64,000 nt of DNA. Origin: Candidatus Eiseniibacteriota bacterium. Its GTDB lineage: Bacteria > Eisenbacteria > RBG-16-71-46 > SZUA-252. A program made the position numbers and the translations under genes. The stretch spans positions 2,688,001-2,752,000 of the forward strand of contig OY969801.1 in the NCBI GenBank assembly GCA_963703225.1. The letters are read 5' to 3'. Every line of letters starts with the position of its first letter. Within the stretch, counting starts at the first letter, position 1. The notes under the pieces are model-generated. The model was not told the DNA's origin. It searched no databases and saw only the letters and a program-made list of their open reading frames with translations. Positions 59,738 to 64,000 of this stretch are shown here, piece by piece.

Positions 59738-60898
59738 TCAAGGCCTATGTGATCGCCATCGGTCGACTGCGGCATCGCCCACGACGGCGCGTGCCCGACG
59801 CTCAACCTCGGCTGGATTCAATCGTCCCGCCGCGACCGCGTCGACAAACCACGCTTCGAAGCGCCCGCCCCGTTCCGCGAGACCGGTCTCCCGAATGAGG
59901 TGGTACATCGCGGCCGCAAGGAGATGCATCCCGTCATCGCCCTTTTCCCAGCGCTTCCCTGCTGGCTCGGCCAAGCCCAATCGTTCGTTCACGACCTGCT
60001 CGAGGGCCTGCACGGCATCCTCCTCGACGTATCCTGCCACGGTGGTATACCCGAAGGAGGGGTTGTGCTCGCGCACGATTCGCACGATCAGCGAGTCTTG
60101 GTTGAACGCGGCCACCGTCTCGGCCACGCGCGGGTCGGACGCGTTGTAGGGCGGATGGAGCGGTTCATGCGCCGCGTTCCGGAGCACGATGGACGCCGGG
60201 TACCCGATGTTGGTCAGGAACCGGCCTCCCTGAATGCGAATTCCATGCGGACGGGAGTATTGGAGCAGGATGACCTCGATCCGACCCTGCTGAAGCTCGT
60301 GGCCGATGAGGCGGGACTGTTCCCCGAGGACATCGTATCGAGCGAGCTCGGTTCGCAGCGCGGTCACTCGCGCGGTCGCCCCTTTGCCGACGAGGCTCTC
60401 CCAATCCCGGCTGAACCCCGCCCGGCGCATCGCATCGAGCGCGGCGATCACATCGGGGCGAACTCGCTGGAATAGCTTCCATGAGTCCTCGTCCCAAAAG
60501 CTCGAGGCGCGAAACGATGCCTCCAAACGTGACGGGGCGCGAGCGCTCGCCAGAACCGCCGCAAGGGTCGAGTCCGGCCCGCCTGAGAAGACCAGGGTCA
60601 GGAAGGCCGAAACAATTCCGCCTTGTTCGTCCTTGATGACCGCCTTCAGACGGCGCGCGGCGCGGCGCGCCTCCGCGTATCGCGGTTCCGCGAACGAGGA
60701 GTCTTCCCCCGCGTATTGCTCCAGATAATACGAATCGCCGGAAAGGAGGTTCAGCGCGCAGAGGGCGTCAAAACCCTCCGACGTTCGGGTCTCCCATCGA
60801 GTACTCGCTGAGGCGCTGCCGCGGCCGATCATGGGAGCCGTCGCGGCAAGAAAGCTGGCCGCGACGCAGGCCAGAAAGAGGTAGCGCGTGGCACTCAT
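59738..60898 (-). CDS. Hypothetical secreted protein (possible zincin-like)
   Basis: Signal peptide; AAHEPLH (HExxH) and a downstream YVEE. Confidence 0.7.
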   Translation of the reverse strand: MSATRYLFLACVAASFLAATAPMIGRGSASASTRWETRTSEGFDALCALNLLSGDSYYLEQYAGEDSSFAEPRYAEARRAARRLKAVIKDEQGGIVSAFLTLVFSGGPDSTLAAVLASARAPSRLEASFRASSFWDEDSWKLFQRVRPDVIAALDAMRRAGFSRDWESLVGKGATARVTALRTELARYDVLGEQSRLIGHELQQGRIEVILLQYSRPHGIRIQGGRFLTNIGYPASIVLRNAAHEPLHPPYNASDPRVAETVAAFNQDSLIVRIVREHNPSFGYTTVAGYVEEDAVQALEQVVNERLGLAEPAGKRWEKGDDGMHLLAAAMYHLIRETGLAERGGRFEAWFVDAVAAGRLNPAEVERRARAVVGDAAVDRWRSHRP

Positions 60899-60925
60899 GG
60901 AAGGACGATAGCAATCCGTGTTCGA

Positions 60926-61678
60926 TCACGATTGAACAGATGTGATCTCTGGATCAAGTCGAAGAGATTTGCGGAGTGCGCCCGGATTCAACCCCATTCG
61001 GGCCTTGAAATCCCGGGTGAGATGGGCCTGATCCGCGTAGCCGGCCTCCAGCGCAATTGATGCCAGAGGAGTCGCGAAAGCGGCAACCATGCTGAGAGCG
61101 CGCCGAAACCTCTGTTCGGAGCGAAATACCGAGGGCGGCAACCCAAAATGGCGGCGAAAGATTCGACTGGCGTGCTCACGCGTCATCCCCAGCTGGCCGG
61201 CTGCGGCGCCCACGTGGTGGTGAGGATCGATGGCCAGCCCATCGGCCATCTCCGAGAGTGCTGGGGAGGGTTCGAGCGCCGGAGATTCCTCGGCATGCGC
61301 CAATACCTCGGCAATGGCGTCACGGTCCAGCATCGATCGGAGTCGGATCGAGTCCGGGTCCCGCGGACGCCACACTCCATACGTCGGCGCGGGACTTGTC
61401 CACGGACGGCCGGTCAGAACGATGTTCAGCACGCGGGTTTGACGCGCGGCAAACCGGTTCATGTGAAGGTGCATCGGAGGATGAACCACGAGGTCGCCCG
61501 GCTCGCATCGCCAGGCACCGTCCACACTGCATTCATCGTAACCGCCCTCCAGCACGAGGGCGACATACGGCGCCGAGTGTCGGTGCAGCGTGGCACGGCC
61601 GCCAGCCGGGTGGCGCGTCACGAACGTCCGCAACCGCCCCGCCGGCCATCCAAGGCGCGGGCAGAATCGCTGCTTCAA
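60926..61678 (-). CDS. AraC-family regulator
   Basis: Cupin HRH...H; REHASRIFRRHFG, AGYADQAHLTRDFK. Confidence 0.9.
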   Translation of the reverse strand: MKQRFCPRLGWPAGRLRTFVTRHPAGGRATLHRHSAPYVALVLEGGYDECSVDGAWRCEPGDLVVHPPMHLHMNRFAARQTRVLNIVLTGRPWTSPAPTYGVWRPRDPDSIRLRSMLDRDAIAEVLAHAEESPALEPSPALSEMADGLAIDPHHHVGAAAGQLGMTREHASRIFRRHFGLPPSVFRSEQRFRRALSMVAAFATPLASIALEAGYADQAHLTRDFKARMGLNPGALRKSLRLDPEITSVQS

Positions 61679-61682
61679 GGAT

Positions 61683-62924
61683 CTACCGTAATAGGGCCAT
61701 GGCCCTCGTCAGCCGAAGCCCGTCCCCGTCGAGGCGATACCAGTAGATCCCCGAGGCGACGGGTCTCCCGCTGGAATCCATGCCGTCCCAAGCGACGGTG
61801 TGCGGCCCCGCCGACATGCTGGCATCCACCAGCTCCCGCACCACGCCTCCGCGAGCGTCGAAGACCACAAGTTTCGCTCGCGACAAGCGTGGCAGCGAAT
61901 ACTCGATCGTCGTCCGCGGGTTGAACGGGTTGGGGCGGTTCTGTCCTAGGCGGAATCGCGGGGCCGACCCCGCAGCTTCCGCACCCGTGACAGTCCCGAT
62001 CACGTGGATCACGGTGGTACGAGAGGTCGAGAGGAGACAGTTCGACGTGCCAAATTTGACGATGTAGTCGCCTTCATCCGCCGGCGTGGGTGTCCAGGTG
62101 AAGGTGCCTGACGTCAGTGTGGAATTGACCGTAAACGTGGCGTCGTTTCCTGGTGGAAGTCCGGAGAGATCCGCCGTCAGCGACTGGATCGCCCCCTCAC
62201 TCGGTTCCGTGACCGGCACCGAAAACGCAACCGTGGCGCCGTCGGTGGGCAGCACGATCCCGGGGACAACCATGAGCGGCGCCTCGAGAATCGGCCTCGC
62301 GAGATTATCTACGTCGTTCCAGTTCCTGCCGCGCCGGCTCGAGTGGTCATACTGGCCGCTCCCCGGGCAGTTCGTCCCGAACCCCGTGACGCCCGTGCCG
62401 TTTACCGGATGTCGGTTGATCACATTTACCCTTGGGTTCCCCGTGGCTACCGTCGCCATGATCGTAGCGACCCTGTACAAACCCGGCGTTACGTTCGCCG
62501 GACTGCCCCACCCGTTGTGGTAAAACACCGTCCCGGTCGTGTCCCGAGACTCTCGGGTGTAGTTCGCACTGAAACCGGCCATTCTGTTGGTCATGGGGCC
62601 CCACGTGACGGTCCCGCCGACCGCCTGGAGCACGATCTCGTAGTGGTTCATGTTGAGAGTGCCGGTGCCAAACGTGCACGTCGCGGGAGATCCATCCCGA
62701 TTGACGCTGGTATTCAGCCATACGTCGATCGTGGTCGGTCCGCTCTCGCTCATACGGTCGCATCCATCGGCCACCCCGTTCCCATTCGTGTCGAGATACA
62801 GGTATTGCGCGGACGCGGTTGCTCCCGACAGCATCAGTACCGCGATCAGCGCCGCCGGGATGATTGGAGAGAGCCGTCCCGTCGCCGAAGGGGACTGCTC
62901 CCCGCTTCGCATGTTCCGGATCAT
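61683..62924 (-). CDS. Secreted protein with Ig-like repeat and FlgD/T9SS-like tail
   Basis: Signal ASA; YLDTNGNG; LTADLSGLPPGNDATF..SGTFTWTP; QNRPNPFNP..WDG..SGIYWY. Confidence 0.82.
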   Translation of the reverse strand: MIRNMRSGEQSPSATGRLSPIIPAALIAVLMLSGATASAQYLYLDTNGNGVADGCDRMSESGPTTIDVWLNTSVNRDGSPATCTFGTGTLNMNHYEIVLQAVGGTVTWGPMTNRMAGFSANYTRESRDTTGTVFYHNGWGSPANVTPGLYRVATIMATVATGNPRVNVINRHPVNGTGVTGFGTNCPGSGQYDHSSRRGRNWNDVDNLARPILEAPLMVVPGIVLPTDGATVAFSVPVTEPSEGAIQSLTADLSGLPPGNDATFTVNSTLTSGTFTWTPTPADEGDYIVKFGTSNCLLSTSRTTVIHVIGTVTGAEAAGSAPRFRLGQNRPNPFNPRTTIEYSLPRLSRAKLVVFDARGGVVRELVDASMSAGPHTVAWDGMDSSGRPVASGIYWYRLDGDGLRLTRAMALLR

Positions 62925-62934
62925 GGGCTCGCTC

Positions 62935-63750
62935 CTATGGAGAAAGTGGTGTATCGCAGTCGTGGTTGAAGTGGGCGGTGATCAGGTTGAAGTCCGGAGA
63001 CGCGACGCCCCCGCTCCCATCAAAATCGATCCAATAGGTTATCGGTGAAATAATTCCTATCTCCCAGATTATTGCCGTGAGCTCGGCGCCCGTGACGGCT
63101 TCGCCTGCGTTGAGCACGGCGTCAAGGCCGTCCACGAAGTCGAGGTTCTTGATTTGAAGAACATAGGTCCCCAGCGACGAGGCCGTGGTCAATCGACCGA
63201 CGATCGTGGTGCCGAGAGCTACGACGGGGATCGCTGAGTCGTAGTGCCCCCATTTTCGAGCCGAATCTCGCGTGCCAACCCCCGGGCTTCCGGGCGTGGC
63301 ACCCGTGAACGTGATGTACGTTGTGCCCGTGACGTCCGTGGGGGCGTCCGCGGGGATACATATCACATTGGGGCAGAGTGGATCGACATTCCAGGTGGAG
63401 TTGGCGATGATGGAATCGGCGCCAGATCCCGCAAAGCCCTGGGCCGACGTCCCGCCGTTGAAGAGGAGACAGATGTCCGCCGCGGCGACCCCAGCCAGCC
63501 CGACTCCTCCGCCGTCGCGCAGGACCACTTTGATTCTCGCGTTGTTGGGGAGGCTTCCCCCTCCGTCGTTATTCGGACATACGCGGAAGAAGCGGGTGGC
63601 GGCGGTCCCTTCCGACGGAGCCGCGACGGTGCCCGACTGGGGAACATAGTACGACTGCGTCGGGTCGGGCTGAGCGCGGGCGATACTCGAAACGAAGACC
63701 AGCGTGGCGGCCGCGACAAGCGCTGTGCGCGGCATCAAGGTCATGGTCAT
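62935..63750 (-). CDS. Secreted protein with dockerin/EF-hand-like C-terminus
   Basis: Signal ARA; WIDFDGSGGVASPDF; RBS AGGAGG. Confidence 0.75.
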   Translation of the reverse strand: MTMTLMPRTALVAAATLVFVSSIARAQPDPTQSYYVPQSGTVAAPSEGTAATRFFRVCPNNDGGGSLPNNARIKVVLRDGGGVGLAGVAAADICLLFNGGTSAQGFAGSGADSIIANSTWNVDPLCPNVICIPADAPTDVTGTTYITFTGATPGSPGVGTRDSARKWGHYDSAIPVVALGTTIVGRLTTASSLGTYVLQIKNLDFVDGLDAVLNAGEAVTGAELTAIIWEIGIISPITYWIDFDGSGGVASPDFNLITAHFNHDCDTPLSP

Positions 63751-63792
63751 GGTGCCCTCCTACCTGACCAAGCGCCCCTGAATTGGGCCGGT

Positions 63793-63821
63793 AGGATAGC
63801 CCCGAATGCCGTCGTTGTCAA
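63793..63821 (-). promoter_or_regulatory. sigma70 promoter
   Basis: TTGACA-N17-TATCCT, 43 bp upstream of ATG 63750. Confidence 0.7.
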
Positions 63822-63845
63822 GACTTCATGTGGGTGAGAGCGCCC

Positions 63846-64000
63846 TCAAACTGCTTCGAGGCCCACTTTTCGTAGCAAGGCTTGGTACCGAGGATCCTGA
63901 CGGATCGGATCGAGACGCGGGTGGACGCGCAGGAAGACAAGTCCCGTAGCGTGCTCTTCGACCGCGACGTCGAGCCAGCGGAACGCTTCGTCCACGTCAC
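63846..64000 (-). CDS. 3' end of a TPR/kinase-type protein (partial)
   Basis: DVDEAFRWLDVAVEEHATGLVFLRVHPRLDPIRQDPRYQALLRKVGLEAV*, paralogous to the tail of the 57241 kinase. Confidence 0.75.
   Translation of the reverse strand, partial: DVDEAFRWLDVAVEEHATGLVFLRVHPRLDPIRQDPRYQALLRKVGLEAV

Noticed and set aside
1..64000. CRISPR array, tRNA/rRNA, transposase or integrase
   Set aside because: No spaced direct repeats, RNA-gene signatures or recombinase motifs seen by eye.

Overview
High-GC bacterial chromosomal window with about 55 protein-coding genes. I found no rRNA, tRNA, CRISPR array or mobile element. Several secreted proteins carry FlgD/T9SS-like C-terminal tails, and there are TolB/TPR Ser/Thr kinases and many GT-C membrane glycosyltransferases; this suggests an FCB-associated lineage such as Ca. 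Eisenbacteria (inference only). Main modules: (1) a clade II nitrous-oxide reductase cluster (hemerythrin/cyt c-nosZ-nosB-nosD-nosF-cupredoxin-nosY, no nosL) divergent from a Crp/Fnr regulator, with two TGA-N6-TCA boxes between them; (2) a three-gene operon around an MSMEG_0568-like radical SAM enzyme; (3) an SbnI/SerK-like free-serine kinase beside an ornithine cyclodeaminase-family gene, with no sbnA; (4) a protein of strict 22-residue tandem helices behind a sigma54 promoter with tandem enhancer sites; (5) a MacAB/YknXYZ-type exporter with a SigW-like promoter; (6) a surface-glycosylation region including a TMTC-like enzyme; (7) an autoregulated leaderless XRE gene before a flap endonuclease; (8) an N-terminally truncated Rho; (9) a Vps62/NPP1-like domain fused to a beta-barrel. 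Frameshifts cluster at about 5.2-7.0 kb and 33.6-36.1 kb and look like assembly or consensus errors. Family assignments come from motif recognition by eye; no searches were run.
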